In this document: positions 27,201 through 40,038 of the stretch, piece after piece
Numbering within the stretch: the stretch's first letter is position 1
Layout of the letters: each line of letters opens with the position of its first letter
Assembly: GCA_951406725.2 (NCBI GenBank)
Contig: OX597814.1
Coordinates: 186,124,001-186,188,000 of the forward strand
DNA: 64,000 bases
DNA from: Octopus vulgaris
Taxonomy: Eukaryota
Direction of reading: 5' to 3'
Position numbers and translations under genes: made by a program
Notes under the pieces: model-generated
The model's database searches: none
Seen by the model: only the letters and a program-made list of their open reading frames with translations
What the model was told of the DNA's origin: nothing

Positions 27201-28904
27201 TATACAATGGGCTTCCATCTATAACTCCACTCAAATGTCAAGGCCCCTTAACAGTATTATAGATCCCTAAACAAATCAATACCCTGAGCCCTATTGTATT
27301 TATTTATTGACAGCAAGCCACAGCATGCTAAAATCAAAATTAGGTCCCTAGAGCTGTGTGGTCCCTGAGCAAATATTCAGTGTGCCCATGCATTGAGATG
27401 GCACTGTATAAGGCTTTGGTCAGCCCGAGTATATAACAGAAGCCAGTTGCCCAAGTTTGCCCAAGGTGTCACATACTGATCTATGAAGTTTGCTGGTGAA
27501 ATTTTTTTACCACACAGCCATGCCTGTACCTCTAACTGTGTCAAATATGCCTGGTTTTAAAAGTACTTAGATGTGAATAACTAGTTGAGGAAGACAGTTT
27601 CAATAGAGATAAATACCTGCAAAGAGTTTTCATGAATAGGTTTTTTTTGCAGATTATAGCAGTCTTGTAGAAGATTTTGAATATACAGATTTGTAACAAA
27701 AACAAAAGGCCTTAGAATAGTTATGGCTTCACTAACTTACATTTGAGATTAGTCAATGAGGAGGAAAGAGAGTTTATATCAAAAATGATGAATATTATAT
27801 CAAAATATGATGAGACAGATGCATTAAATATTTTACTTTTTAGTATACACTACTCATGAACAAGAAAAAAAATTATCTGTATCTTCAAGTTTTGATGATT
27901 TGTGTTAAAAAGAAAGCTAGGTGCTATTTTCTTGACAAACAAACATTTTTAAGCTCTGATATATCTATATAAAAAAAAAGCATATATATATATAAAATGC
28001 TGGACTCTGAAGTCACACTAGTGCTTTTCATATTAAGCAGCATACAAACTGTAACTGTGTTAGTGATATCATTAATGATTATAGCAGCAGCAGAAGCTGT
28101 CGGGTTTTAATATGACTATGTTTGAAGATCAATAAAGAGTTGGAAACACTAAGAGCCTGTTGATTGTGATAAATCTACATGTAGCTGTAGCATATATAAT
28201 TCCTTTCCTATTAAGTTTGAACTAATTCCTAGCATCTCTTCAATAGAGAACAGCACACATTGATAAAAGGTGAAACTAAATAGGCTTAGTTCTTCCACAA
28301 AATATTCACAGAATATACGTCTATTAGCTCTTGTGAGTTAAAATACATGATGTGTGGATATCTGTGTATTTTTATTTTATGTTTGTTTATGCACATATGT
28401 AATAATGCATAGATGCGAATATGCTTATCATCCTCTCTGCGTGTCTGCGTGAGTGTGCAGGTGCACATTTCCATGCATATTTTAATGATCAAATCTGTCC
28501 GCATATGTATTTCACTTTGCGTTGGCCAGAGGTATTCCCTTTCATACCTACTGTTCACTGACTGAACTTTCCAGGTTTGAATCAGAAATTTGATCAGTCA
28601 CACAAAACCACCTGTTAGTTATTATTTCATTATTGTATACGTGTAAGAAAAAAAAAAGATGTATTACATGAGTGTAGGTATACAATTGCATTAATAATAA
28701 GCATAAATGGAATCTAACACTTGAAATTAAATCCAAGAAACTACATGCTTCCAGGATTTTAATCACAGTAACAAAAAAAATGTGGGGGAGGCAGATGAGA
28801 AACTACAGATGCTGATATCACAAATCAGAAAAAAATATCTTTTCCAATTCAGACAATACATTAAAATATTAAATACCTTCATGGTATTTGTGCTTAATCT
28901 AAGT

Positions 28905-29490
28905 GAGGGTGTGTGGATTAGTGGTGAGGGCAATTGGTTCATGATCGGAAGGTCATGAGTTCCATTCTCAGCAGCATGGTGTGTCCTTGAGCAAGACACT
29001 TTATTTCATGCTGTTCCAGTCCAATGAACTGGCAAAAATGAATAGTACCTGGCCAGCCTTGTCATAGTATGAGTCATGCTGAATCTCCCTGAGAACTACA
29101 TTAAAGATACATGTGTCTATGGAGTGCTGAGGTACGTGTCTATGGTGGCGAACTGGCAGAAACGTTAGCACGCTGGGTGAAATGCTTAGCGGTATTTCGT
29201 CTGCCGCTACGTTCTGAGTTCAAATTCCGCCGAGGTCGACTTTGCCTTTCATCCTTTCAGGGTCGATTAAATAAGTACCAGTTACGTTCTGGGGTCGATA
29301 AAATCGACTTAATCCGTTTGTCTGTCCTTGTTTGTCCTCTCTGTGTTTAGCCCCTTGTGGGTAGTAAAGAAATAGATACATGTGTCTATGGAGTGCTGAG
29401 CCACTTGCACATTAGTTTCACAAGCAGGTTGCTCCATTGATCAGATCAATTGGAACTCTCATTGTCATAACCGACAGAGAGCCAGTTAAT
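28905..29490 (+). mobile_element. Old CORE-like SINE (family E-related head) split by a family C insertion
   Basis: TGGATTAGTGG..GAGTTCCATTC..GTGTCCTTGAGCAAGACACTT head; the sequence resumes after 29400. Confidence 0.65.
29144..29373 (+). mobile_element. Family C SINE, young, 27-bp TSD
   Basis: Full body ending AAAGAAAT. AGATACATGTGTCTATGGAGTGCTGAG occurs at 29105-29131 and 29374-29400. Confidence 0.92.
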
Positions 29491-30027
29491 AAAGTATGTT
29501 GGTCATAACTCAAACTTTATTTACATTTTCAGGTGGCAAAATAGCAGAATTGTTAATTGTTAATATCATAAAAATTTATGAACTTCAAAAGAACATGAAG
29601 CAATTCTGTTCTTTTAACACTAGAATTCAGAGCAGAAAATCTATAATTAACATCATGTAAATATTGGGTTGAAAAACCCTTTGATTTGAAAAAGTGTAAG
29701 GCTTCCTAGAACACCTGTCCTGTTTACAGGTGATGTAGTTTTTTGCCCCACATGCAGAGCCTTTGACTTTTTGTATTTGAAAGGTTTTCTAATCCAATAT
29801 TTACAAACTACTATTTATAGCTTTATCTTCTTTGAGATCTACAGTTTCCTCTCAAAAAGAAAAATTATTTCATGTTCAGTAGAATGCCTGTGGTATTTGT
29901 TCTGAGTCTCTATACTCTGAGTGGAAATCTCACCAAAATCAGCATTCTCTTCGTCCTTTCGAGACTTCCAGAGTGGTGGATTAACAGAAATGTAAAAAAA
30001 GGTTAGGCAAGATGCTTTACAGTAATT

Positions 30028-30274
30028 TTCGATTTTTGATTTGGTTTGCAAGATTCTTTATATTAGTTCATGTGTTGAAGCATATTCTGTTGTGTCTGGG
30101 GAGAGTCATTTTCTTTTTGTGCCTTATAATGTAAGTCAAGACTGTTGAAAAGGTTGCAAGACGCAACGAAAATTTTAGGAAAATAAAAAATAAGAAATAA
30201 GTGGAAATTTTACCATTGAGTGTGTTACATTATAAGGCACAAAAAGAAAATGACTCTCTCCAGACACAACAGAA
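30028..30274. mobile_element. Family F Penelope-like insertion with internal inversion and 12-bp TSD
   Basis: Inverted arms 30085-30134 and 30226-30275. TTTACAGTAATT occurs at 30016-30027 and 30275-30286. Confidence 0.7.
30142..30178 (+). ncRNA. Candidate minimal hammerhead ribozyme (U3-A8 variant)
   Basis: CTG-TTGAAAA-G-GTTGC/AAGAC/GCAAC-GAA-AATT-T-TAG gives a 3-bp stem I, a 5-bp stem II and a palindromic minimal stem III. Confidence 0.5.
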
Positions 30275-30471
30275 TTTACAGTAATTGTTCTAGCTCTTTA
30301 CATTCTGATAACATCTGCAATGGTACTAGTGCCAAGCTGTGTCAGCCCCAAGGTGACAACCTTTACCTTGGATGATATTGGCAGCTCAGATGAGCAACTC
30401 CTAGTCTTCCTTAAAAAGGTGTGCACATGTTTGTGTGTGATCAACCTTGGCTGTTTATTTTAAGTTGAGAT

Positions 30472-31068
30472 AAAAAGGGCCTCTCTCTCAGAGTGAAAAG
30501 CAGACTGTATAATACCTGTGTGCTACATGGTAGTGACGCATGGGCTGTGACTGTTGAGGACATGCATAGGCTTGTAAGAAATGAAGCTAATATGTTCTGT
30601 TAGATGTGTAATATCTGTGTGCATGCACAACAGAGTATAAGCACCCTGAAAGAAAACTTGGACAAAAAATGCATGAGATGTGGTGTGCAAGAGAGATGAC
30701 TGTATTGGTATGGTCATGTGATGTGTATGGATGAGGATAGCTGTGTGAAGAAGTGTCACACTCTAACAGTGGAGGGAACTTGTGGAAGAGGCAGACCCAG
30801 TAAGACATAGGATGAGATGGTGAAGCATGATCTTCGAATGTTGGGCCTCACAGAGATAATGATAAGCAACCGAGACCTTTGGAGATATGCTGTGCTTGAG
30901 AAGACCTGTCAAGCCAAGTGAGATCGTAGTCATGGCCATTGCTATAATTGACCCGTTAAACACACCCCTCAATCGTTGGGCGATATGCTGTGCTTGTAAA
31001 GACCTGTCGGACTAAGTGAAATCATAGGCATGGCCAATGCCAGTGCCATCTTACTGGCACATAAAAAG
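30472..31068 (+). mobile_element. Decayed RTE LINE ORF C-terminus plus start of family A 3' UTR
   Basis: KGLSLRVKSRLYNTCVLHGSDAW...LYWYGHVMCMDEDS..GRGRPSKT*DEMVKHDL..RDLWRYAVLEK with in-frame stops. Same family as 20217-20471. Confidence 0.9.
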
Positions 31069-31071
31069 CAT

Positions 31072-31240
31072 TTTTTTCTCTCCTTGTTTTTTCTGTGTAC
31101 CTTTCTGTAGAAGAGCGTAGGCTCAAAACGTAAAAGACTTTTTCTATTCCTGAGCGCTATACTAATACATCTGTTTGTTTTGTACACCACATGTCTTTGT
31201 CTTTTGTTTATTTTCATAAACTTTCCCTTTATATATATAT
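31072..31240 (+). mobile_element. Second Penelope-like terminal fragment, ending in (TA)n
   Basis: Decayed hammerhead-like motif CTTT-CTGTAGAA-GAGC/GTAG/GCTC-AAA-ACGT-A-AAAG at 31101-31136. Confidence 0.5.
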
Positions 31241-33279
31241 ATAGATATGTATGTATATACACACAAACACACACACACAGACATACCTCAACTTATGTAG
31301 GTAATTGGTTTCAAGACATGAAATTTAACTCAAAAACAATGTATCATGAAAAAACATTGTCAAAACTTTAATTAGATTATATCTGTTTTAATAAATGGTT
31401 TGTAAATATTTTCACATGTATTTTTTATTTGATTTTCTACTTTAATATATTCGCTAAGATTAACATAAATTTGAGTAAATAAACTAAATTTGAGATTTAT
31501 TTTTACCCTTAATTTCTTTAAAAACAAAAAAGATAAATTTGAAAAAAGATATAATTCAAGACAAAGATGAGGTAAGCTTGTAGTTGATAGACAGGGACCA
31601 AGTCTCAATAAGGTAGCTAATTATCATTTTTGGACATATTCTGAAAGGAAAATCTTTTTAGTAAACATTCCAGGTTTTTTACTTCCTCTGAGTTGCAAAT
31701 TTTGGAGCTGAACGCATTGACTTACATTTTAGTTCTTGATATAACATAAAATTATTTAATTTATTTACTCCATCACAGATCCAAAAATTGAAAAATATTC
31801 AAGGAAGAGATTAGCTTCTGTGATAAAAATTGGATGAAATATAATTAGATTTTTTTTTAATAAAACATCAAAGAGAAGATTTATATAATTATAGAAAATT
31901 GAGTAAGGGAAAAAAATATTGCTTTCTTATCACTCAAATTTACCTTCACAAGAAAATAATTTTGGAACCAGCTATTTTTCAATACACATCTGATTATCAA
32001 TTGATAAGTTTTTCTCTTCTATTTTTTTTTCTATACCTTCTTATAGTATCCAATTAAATATATTGTGAAGCAAAGTGTCCCTAAACAAGCTCTATGAATA
32101 GAATTAATGTGTCAGTCTACTTACTAGAGAAAGGAAGTACTATTAAAATGTAAGAATGCAATCTAAATATTTGCACTAATTTTTTTTTCTATATACACAC
32201 ACCCTGTATTTTTGGCAGACAGAATCCTTTAAAATTTTTTCTTAAACTATCACCACAGTCTATGAAACAGTTTGATACAGTTTAATATAACTTAAAATTA
32301 AGAAAAACATTTCTTTCCAAACACTATTTTTATATTGGCAACATTTTCTTATTGTACCTGTCTAAACTATATCCTGACCTTATTAAATATTAGCTTCTTG
32401 CTACGATTTAAAAAAATATATGAAAGCTGCATTCCAACAAAGAGATAATTTTTTTTTTTTAAGATGCTAATACTTTTAAAGGTATTATAGATTTTATTCT
32501 TAATAACTGCAGTTTCAGAATGCAGTGCTATTATTTCCTTAGAATATGGTAAAACTCATAAGTTGTGCATTGCTCATTTAGAAATGTTGTTTAAAGATTA
32601 CTGAATCTACTAGCATGCATCACAATATACTTAAAGTTTCTGTTATTGAATTGCTCTTCTGCAGTGAAAAGAAGATAAGGTGCAGGTATTTTTCATGTGA
32701 ATGCAGTGATTTTTAAAGAGATGAAGACAATACTACAACCTTCTGCCATTAGCAATAAAAGATCAATATATCCAGAGAAATTTCTTGTTTATGAGAATCT
32801 GTCTGCCATCTATTAAACAAGTCTCTTTTACACTAAGTGACTGATGCATTTTTAAAAACATAAAATTGCTGCAGAGAATTTATAAAAGGGGCAGGTGGGG
32901 AAGATCTTTAAAAAATATTAAATAAGTTGAGGAAAAAGGAATAATTGTTCTAAAGATCTGTGATTTTTTTTTTCCTTTATGCTGTATTTCAATTTCCATC
33001 TCCATTGATTTTATAGCAGGAATGGTTAATGTTTGTAACTAACCATAAGCATTTCTATTGTCTTTGATTTGGTTCTCTAAGTTAATTTAGTGTCAATAAA
33101 AGGAACAGAATTATTTGACTAGTTTTGCTTGTGTGTTATAGCTTCAGGTCAGCTCTGATGAAGCAATCAAGCAGATGTATGGCACATAGGTATTGCCAGC
33201 TGATTGATTTGATTGAATAGACAGCTCTATTTTAATGCCATACTTTCACCTGGCTGAGGACCATACTACACACTAATAT

Positions 33280-33680
33280 ACTCTTTCTCTCTTTTACTCT
33301 TTTACTTGTTTCAGTCATTTGACTGCGGTCATGCTGGAGCACCGCCTTTAGTCGAGCAAATCGACACCAGGACATATTCTTTGGAAGCCTAGTACTTATT
33401 CTATCAGTCTTTTTTGCCAAATTGCTAAGTTACAGGGACGTAGATACACCACCATCAGTTGTCAAGCGATGTTGGGGGCACAAACACAGACACACAAACA
33501 CACACACATACATATATATATATACATATACACGATGGGCTTCTTTCAGTTTTCATCTACCAAATCCACTCACAAGGCTTTGGTCGGCCCAAGGCTATAG
33601 CAGAAGACACTTGCCCAAGGTGCCACGCAGTGGGAATGAACCTCGAACCATGTGGTTGGTAAGCAAGCTACTTACCACAC
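33280..33680 (-). mobile_element. Family B SINE
   Basis: Colinear with other copies. Confidence 0.9.
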
Positions 33681-34129
33681 ATGGTACGGTATGACAGACA
33701 GTCTGGGAATGTTGTACTCTCTCCACTATCAGGTACACACCTGCATGTCTATTGTTGTTGCATCCCAGTGTCTGCCCTAATTGTGCAAATCTATTATCAA
33801 AGACAATCCAGTTATGATCCTCCCATCTGTTTTGTATATCATGGATTACATTGTACAATGTATCTTTCCATTATTTTTAATAATGATAATGAGGGCATTT
33901 GAAAAAAATCTAGCTGCTATTTCTAGCAAGTGAAGTGATTGCAAAGTGGTTACTTTGCTTCATCTGAAAGTTTAGGTTCTGGTAGTTGCCATGCTGGAGC
34001 AATTCTAAACATAACTGAAAATGCTATTATTAGTCTTGTGCTTCATAGAACATTGCTTAGACCTAATGAGGTTACTCTTTTACATATTTTGTAATTGTCA
34101 GCTAGATTGTGTGTGTGTGAGTGAGAGAA

Positions 34130-34167
<38 letters not shown>

Positions 34168-34449
34168 TTATCAGGATACTGTCATAGTGTTCTGAAGTTT
34201 TATAGATGTGTCTGTTTGTTTGGAGATTATGGAGATTGTTTGTACATATAGTGGCAGGAACTATGAGGTTTATAGCTTTAATAACAAACTTATTCCATTT
34301 GCAAGTCCAGGTGGTCTCTTATCTATTTATTTATTTATTCATTTACTTATTTATTTGTTTGTTTCAATTTGCAGTTACTCTGTCAGAGTACAACCTGGTA
34401 TTTCAAAAGTACACTATTTTATATTCCTTAAAGTTTATGAGCACCAACC

Positions 34450-34678
34450 GATCATGGCCATTTGCTAGCCTCCTCCTCTAATCCCTGTGCTGGTGGCGCG
34501 TAAAAAGCGCCCACTACATTCACGGAGTGTTTGGTGTTAGGAAGGGCATCCAGCTGTAGAAACACTGCCAGATCGGACTGGAACCTGGTGCAGCCTCCTG
34601 GATCCCCAGACCCTGGTCGAACCATCCAACCCACGCTAGCATGAAAAACAGACATTAAACGATGATGATGATGATGAT
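34450..34678 (+). mobile_element. Family A RTE 3' end, short
   Basis: One module, core and (GAT)n. Confidence 0.85.
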
Positions 34679-34906
34679 TGAGAGCCCAGGCATAATACTT
34701 GATAGATTAGATTCTTTGCTTGTACATCGATGTTACTGTTTTCTTTCTGGCATGACAGTGCATCCTTTTACTTTCTTCATTGTTTTCTACATATTCTGTA
34801 AATGTTGTAGATGTGTTGTGGTCTATAATTCCTAGTATATTTTTGTCCTTTGTGCATTTTGTTGGGTGCAATGGTTGAATGCAATTGATGTTCTTTGCTG
34901 TCACTA

Positions 34907-35210
34907 TTGTTTGTTCCTTCTTGAGCTACACCTGGCTCATAAGGGCCGGTTTCCCAGTTTCCTTGGCGTATAGGTTTCCCACCTGGGCGGGACGCTGGTC
35001 CATCGCAGGTGAGCTGCAAGATGCAGGAGGAAAGAGTGACAGAAAGTTGTGGTGAAAAAGTCAGCAGAAATTCGCCATTACCTTCTGCCGGAGCCGCGTG
35101 GAGCTTAGGTGTTTCGCTCATAAACACACACATCGCCCGACCTGAGATTCGAACCCGCAATCCCTCGACCGCGAGTCCGCTGCTCTAACCACTAGGCCAT
35201 GTGCCTCCAC
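34907..35210 (-). mobile_element. Family D tRNA(Arg-like)-derived SINE
   Basis: Minus strand TGGCCTAGTGG A-box and GGTTCGAATC B-box, ending GAAGGAACAAACAA. Second copy at 37223-37520. Confidence 0.9.
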
Positions 35211-35465
35211 AAAATAAATGCACCCTTTTTAAGCCTAGCCAGGCTCATGGGCCCAGTTTCCCAGTTTCTATGGCGTATGTGTTCCCCAGCTGGACGGGAC
35301 GCCAGTCCATCGCAGCATTACTCATTTTTGCCAGCTGAGTGGACTGGAGCAACGTAAAATGAAGTGTTTTGCTCAAGAACACAATGCGTCGCCCGGTCCA
35401 GGAATCGAAACCACAATCTTACGATCATAGTGCTGACATCCTAACCACTAAGCCACACGCCTCCA
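35211..35465 (-). mobile_element. Family E tRNA-derived CORE-like SINE
   Basis: TGGCTTAGTGG and GTTTCGATTCC boxes, then GTGTTCTTGAGCAAAACACTT..CCAGTCCACTCAGCTG. Confidence 0.88.
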
Positions 35466-36168
35466 CTCTGCTGTCACTAGTAGGAAAGGAAATGGAGGAA
35501 ATTGTGTAGCTGTGCTTGATAGCTGGCCATTAGATATGTACTAGATGTATGAGATCTGCTTTCTAGACCCTTTTTTCCCTTGATTCTAAGGTACAAAGTT
35601 CCTGGTTTAAATGTATCAAAATTAAAATTTCATGTAGATATATGTTACAAACATTAGTTTAATAATGACAAAATTATTTTGCTCTTTCTTCAATATTTTT
35701 GAAATTAATTAAAATACAAAGAGTGTATTTGAACAGAAATATAGTAACAAAAAGGGTCAAGGGATGTGGAAAGATGGTGTGAATATAGATTAAGGTGAGT
35801 GGGTGAGAGGACAGAACTTTGTGGTACTCCATAAAGAAAAATACAAAATTTTAAATTTGTTGTTGTATACTACATAGATTTGGTAACCAGACTAGTTTGT
35901 TAGCAAATGTTTTGTATGGTTTCTGTAGAAGGTATTGAATATTTTCTGTATAAATGGATAGGAGAGAATAGAGTTGAAAGCTTTGTTGATATCAATGAAA
36001 TAAGCAGAGAGGTGGAAGCCATCATGTATTTTTTATTTTTACTGTAAGTTATGTGAAATGTGTGGTGATTGGGTAGTGCGGTCAAACTCTATGATTTGAT
36101 TTGATGAGAAATTGAAAAGTGTGTGGGTTGGTGGTGACAACAATAGTCTTTCTAAAATGTTTAAGAGT

Positions 36169-36342
36169 AGGCGCAGGAGTGGCTGTGTGGTAAGTAGCTT
36201 GCTTACAAACCACATGGTTCCGGGTTCAGTCCCACTGTGTGGCACCTTGGGCAAGTATCTTCTACTATAGCCTCGGGCCGACCAAAGCCTTGTGAGTGGA
36301 TTTGGTAGACGGAAACTGAAAGAAGCCCGTCATATATATATA

Positions 36343-36378
<36 letters not shown>

Positions 36379-36565
36379 TCCCTCCAGCATCGCTTGACAA
36401 CTGATGCTGGTGTATTTACATCCCTGTAACTTAGCGGTTCAGCAAAAGAGACCAATAGAATAAGTATTAGGCTTACAAAGAATAAGTCCTAGGATCAATT
36501 TTCTCGACTAAAGGCAGTGCTCCAGCATGGTCACAGTCAAATGACTGAAACAAGTAAAGAGTAGG
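36169..36565 (+). mobile_element. Family B SINE, full length
   Basis: AGGCGCAGGAGTGGCTGTGTGG start; AAGTAAAGAGT tail. Confidence 0.92.
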
Positions 36566-37222
36566 AATAGGAGAGTATTGAATCTCAGTGGTGTTGCTTT
36601 GCTTGGATTTTAGGTTAAAAGAATAATTCATGTTTCTCAATATTTCTAGATTTGGCATTGCCTGTATGAGTAGTTGTAGAGAATGTCTTGGATAAATACC
36701 AAAGGCAGCATTGATATGATTGCAGTGTTCCCTCTAAGCTGTGCACTGGAGTGTATAACATGCATTTCACATCAAAGAAAGCAACAAAAAAAATGTGGAC
36801 ACAAGGTATTCAAAATTAAATCAAATTTTTTTTTTTTGAACTTTAAAAATTTCTGCAATAGTTATTTGCACAGATGTACACATACTTTGCAAAGAAAGAC
36901 AAAATTTGTATACAATGCAAATTTCTGCTCATCCACACAGTAGAAAATTGGAGAGAACATTGTATAAGCATACCACTTGACCACTTGGTATTATTGAATA
37001 ATCCTTTCTATTATAAGCACAAGGTCTGAAATTTTGAGGAAGGAACTTGCTGGTTATATCAACCCCATTACTTGACTAGTACTTATTTCATTGACTCCCA
37101 AAAGGATGAAAGGCAAAGTTGACCTAAACAGAATTTGAACTCAGAACAAAAGAGAGAAGAAATGTCACAAAGCGTTTTTGTCTGGCATACTAACAATTCA
37201 GCCAGCTCAACACCTCAGTATT

Positions 37223-37520
37223 GTTTGTTCCTTCTCGAACCATGCCTGGTTCATAGGGCCAGTTTCCTAGTTTCCTTGGCATATAGGTTCCCCACCTGGA
37301 CGGGATGCCGATCCGTTGCAGGTGAGCTGCAAGATGCAGGAGGAAAGAGTGAGAGAAAGTTGTGGCAAAAGAGTCAGCAAAATTTCACCATTACCTTCTG
37401 CCAGAGCCGCATGGAGCTTTGGTGTTTCACTCATAAACACACACATCGCCCAGTCTGAGATTCAAACTCACGATCTCTCGACTGCGAGTTCGCTGCTCTA
37501 GCCACTAGGCCATGTGCCTC
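37223..37520 (-). mobile_element. Family D SINE with 12-bp TSD, adjacent to an old family C copy (37000-37210)
   Basis: CACCTCAGTATT at 37211-37222 and 37521-37532. Confidence 0.9.
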
Positions 37521-38179
37521 CACCTCAGTATTACTGAATAATAATTGTACAAATATGTTATTTCATGTCATAGGTTAACCAAGATGCTCGTACAGTCAAC
37601 TTCCTTGATAACAGCAACTTCTGAGATATGAAATACTGTTATAGTCAATTCTCTGTTGTTTTGAAAGTATTATTAAAGCATTTATTACATTAAACATTTA
37701 TTATATTAAACACTGTAAATAAGGGATAAAGATACTTGGATTCTTGTTATTTTGATTACCAGTATTTTGGGAGTTTAACTGTAGGGTAATATGATTTTAA
37801 TGTTCAATTGAAAATAATGATTTTAAAGTGTTTATAATTTAAAGGCATTTATCATCTTAAAAGTGGGTACAGCAAATAAAAGATAGAGAGGCAGTATAAT
37901 AAATACCGCTTTGTTCGCTACTAAATGCTATAGTCAGTAATTGGGTGGGAGGACTTTGCAAAATAAAAATAGCATCTTTAAAATTGCAGAAGCAGATGTA
38001 AACAAACCAACACATTGTTAGCAAGTATGTCTTTACTTCCTTTTACTGCTATCTTTTACTTGTTTCAGTCACTGAACTGTGGCCAGGCTGGGGCACTAGC
38101 TCAAAGAGTTTTAGTCAAACAGATAATTTCCAGTGTTTATCATTTTAATAATAATTATAATAATAATAATAATAATAAT

Positions 38180-38878
38180 AATCCTTTCTACTATAGAAAC
38201 ATGGCCAGCAATTTCAGGGACGGTTGTAAGTTGATTACATTAACCCCAGTGCTCAACTGGTACTTATTTTATTGACCCCCGAAAGGATGACAGTCAAAGT
38301 TGAACTCAGCAGACTTCAAGCTCAGAACAAAAAAACAAAATGCCTTGTCTTTATGTCTATAAAGACAAAGTAACAATGATAATAATAATAATCCTTTCTA
38401 CTAAAGGTACAAAGGCTGAAAATTGGTGGGAGGGGGTCTAATCAATTACATCAACCCCAATGTTTCATTGGTAGTTAGTTTATCAATCCCAAAAGGATGA
38501 AAGGCAAAGTCGACCTCGGTGGAGTTTGAACTCAGAACATAACAACAGTCGAAATACTGCTAAGCATTTCATCCAGCATGCTAACAATTTTGCCAGTTCA
38601 CTACCTCAATAACAACAATAATAATGATAATAATAATAATAATTTTATTTCTTTATTGCCCACAAGGGGCTAAATGTAGAGGGGACGAACAAGGACAGAC
38701 AAAGGGATTAAGTCGATTACATCGACCCCAGTGCGTAACTGGTACTTAATATATCGACCCCGAAAGGATGAAAGGCAAAGTCGACTTCGGTGGAATTTGA
38801 ACTCAGAACATAACGACAGACGAAATACAGCTAGGTATTTCGCCAGGCGTGCTAACGTTTCTGCCAGCTCGCCGCCTT
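38180..38878 (-). mobile_element. Cluster of three family C SINEs separated by (AAT)n
   Basis: Cores at about 38180-38330, 38390-38605 and 38645-38878 (young), followed by (AAT)n to 38968. Confidence 0.85.
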
Positions 38879-38880
38879 AT

Positions 38881-38948
<68 letters not shown>

Positions 38949-40038
38949 TAATAATAATATTAATAATGGTAGGCGGCTTACACATAAAAAAATATGAATA
39001 TGCAAAATCAGAACTATCTTTCATAGCTACAGGTTATATTTAGGTAGGGGTTTATGTTAAGGGAAGAATTGTGTGATTAAAAGATACCTGTTGTGTTGGT
39101 GACTTGTCTGTGAGATGCAAAATTTGCTTTTAAAATAATCTTGATGACATCATTTTAACAAATTCAATATCTCCATCCGCACCTTGTGTCTGCCTGACTA
39201 TTAATTTCTACATGTTGTTATTGGAAATAGTTTCGTTTGGAAATTGATAACATTTGCAAATATAGCTATGGAATAAATATTTCCAGTAAAAAAAATTATT
39301 ATAAATAAAGAAAAAACATTGCTTCCACCTGAATGATTACAGCAGGTGGGAGACTGTAGGAGGTTTCCTTTCATAAAAAAACAAAATCCTCTCAAACATT
39401 TCCTACAAGTTTAAAGCAACCCTTTTTATTTACTGAAACATGAAACCTTAACATTTTGCTGTGAAATATGATCCTTCTTGAGTTCAACAATATTGATATG
39501 ATACATTTTCTGACTCATAATATCTGTGAACACCTATTGACTCTTGACACGCTCACTTTCTATTTTAGTAAAGTCTAGCACACTGCTATTGATGACACTT
39601 ACACTTCATAGCAACATACAGTGATATGCCAGCATTCCATTTAATTTACTTGCTAGAGTATCCAATATACAACCTGGCTTGATTAGCATTTGCTCACCAG
39701 ACAAGTTTATTTTGTTCGCGTTGCTTATTAATTATCAAGTAACTTTAAACTGATTGGTTCATAAACTGATGTAGAGAAAATTAAAGCAAAAAAGTGGTAC
39801 GCCAAATATTTTGATGTTCTTGAACACTTTTTTTTTTAATGTCTTCTAAGAATGAAGGAGTTTGAAAAGATGTGAGATGTAGTGTTATAAATACCAGACA
39901 GCAGGTAAATTTTTGGCAAATAATTGTATCAAAGCAACTTTGATTTTTAGTGTTTCAAAAGTAGTGTTGCAACTATCATGAGGGCAAAATTAGATAGACA
40001 ATGGTAAATTGGTAGAATCATAAGAACATTGAACAAAA

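Noticed and set aside
35135-35210. tRNA-Arg-like gene
   Set aside because: A and B boxes are present, but there is no acceptor stem and the sequence continues into a SINE body with a second copy.
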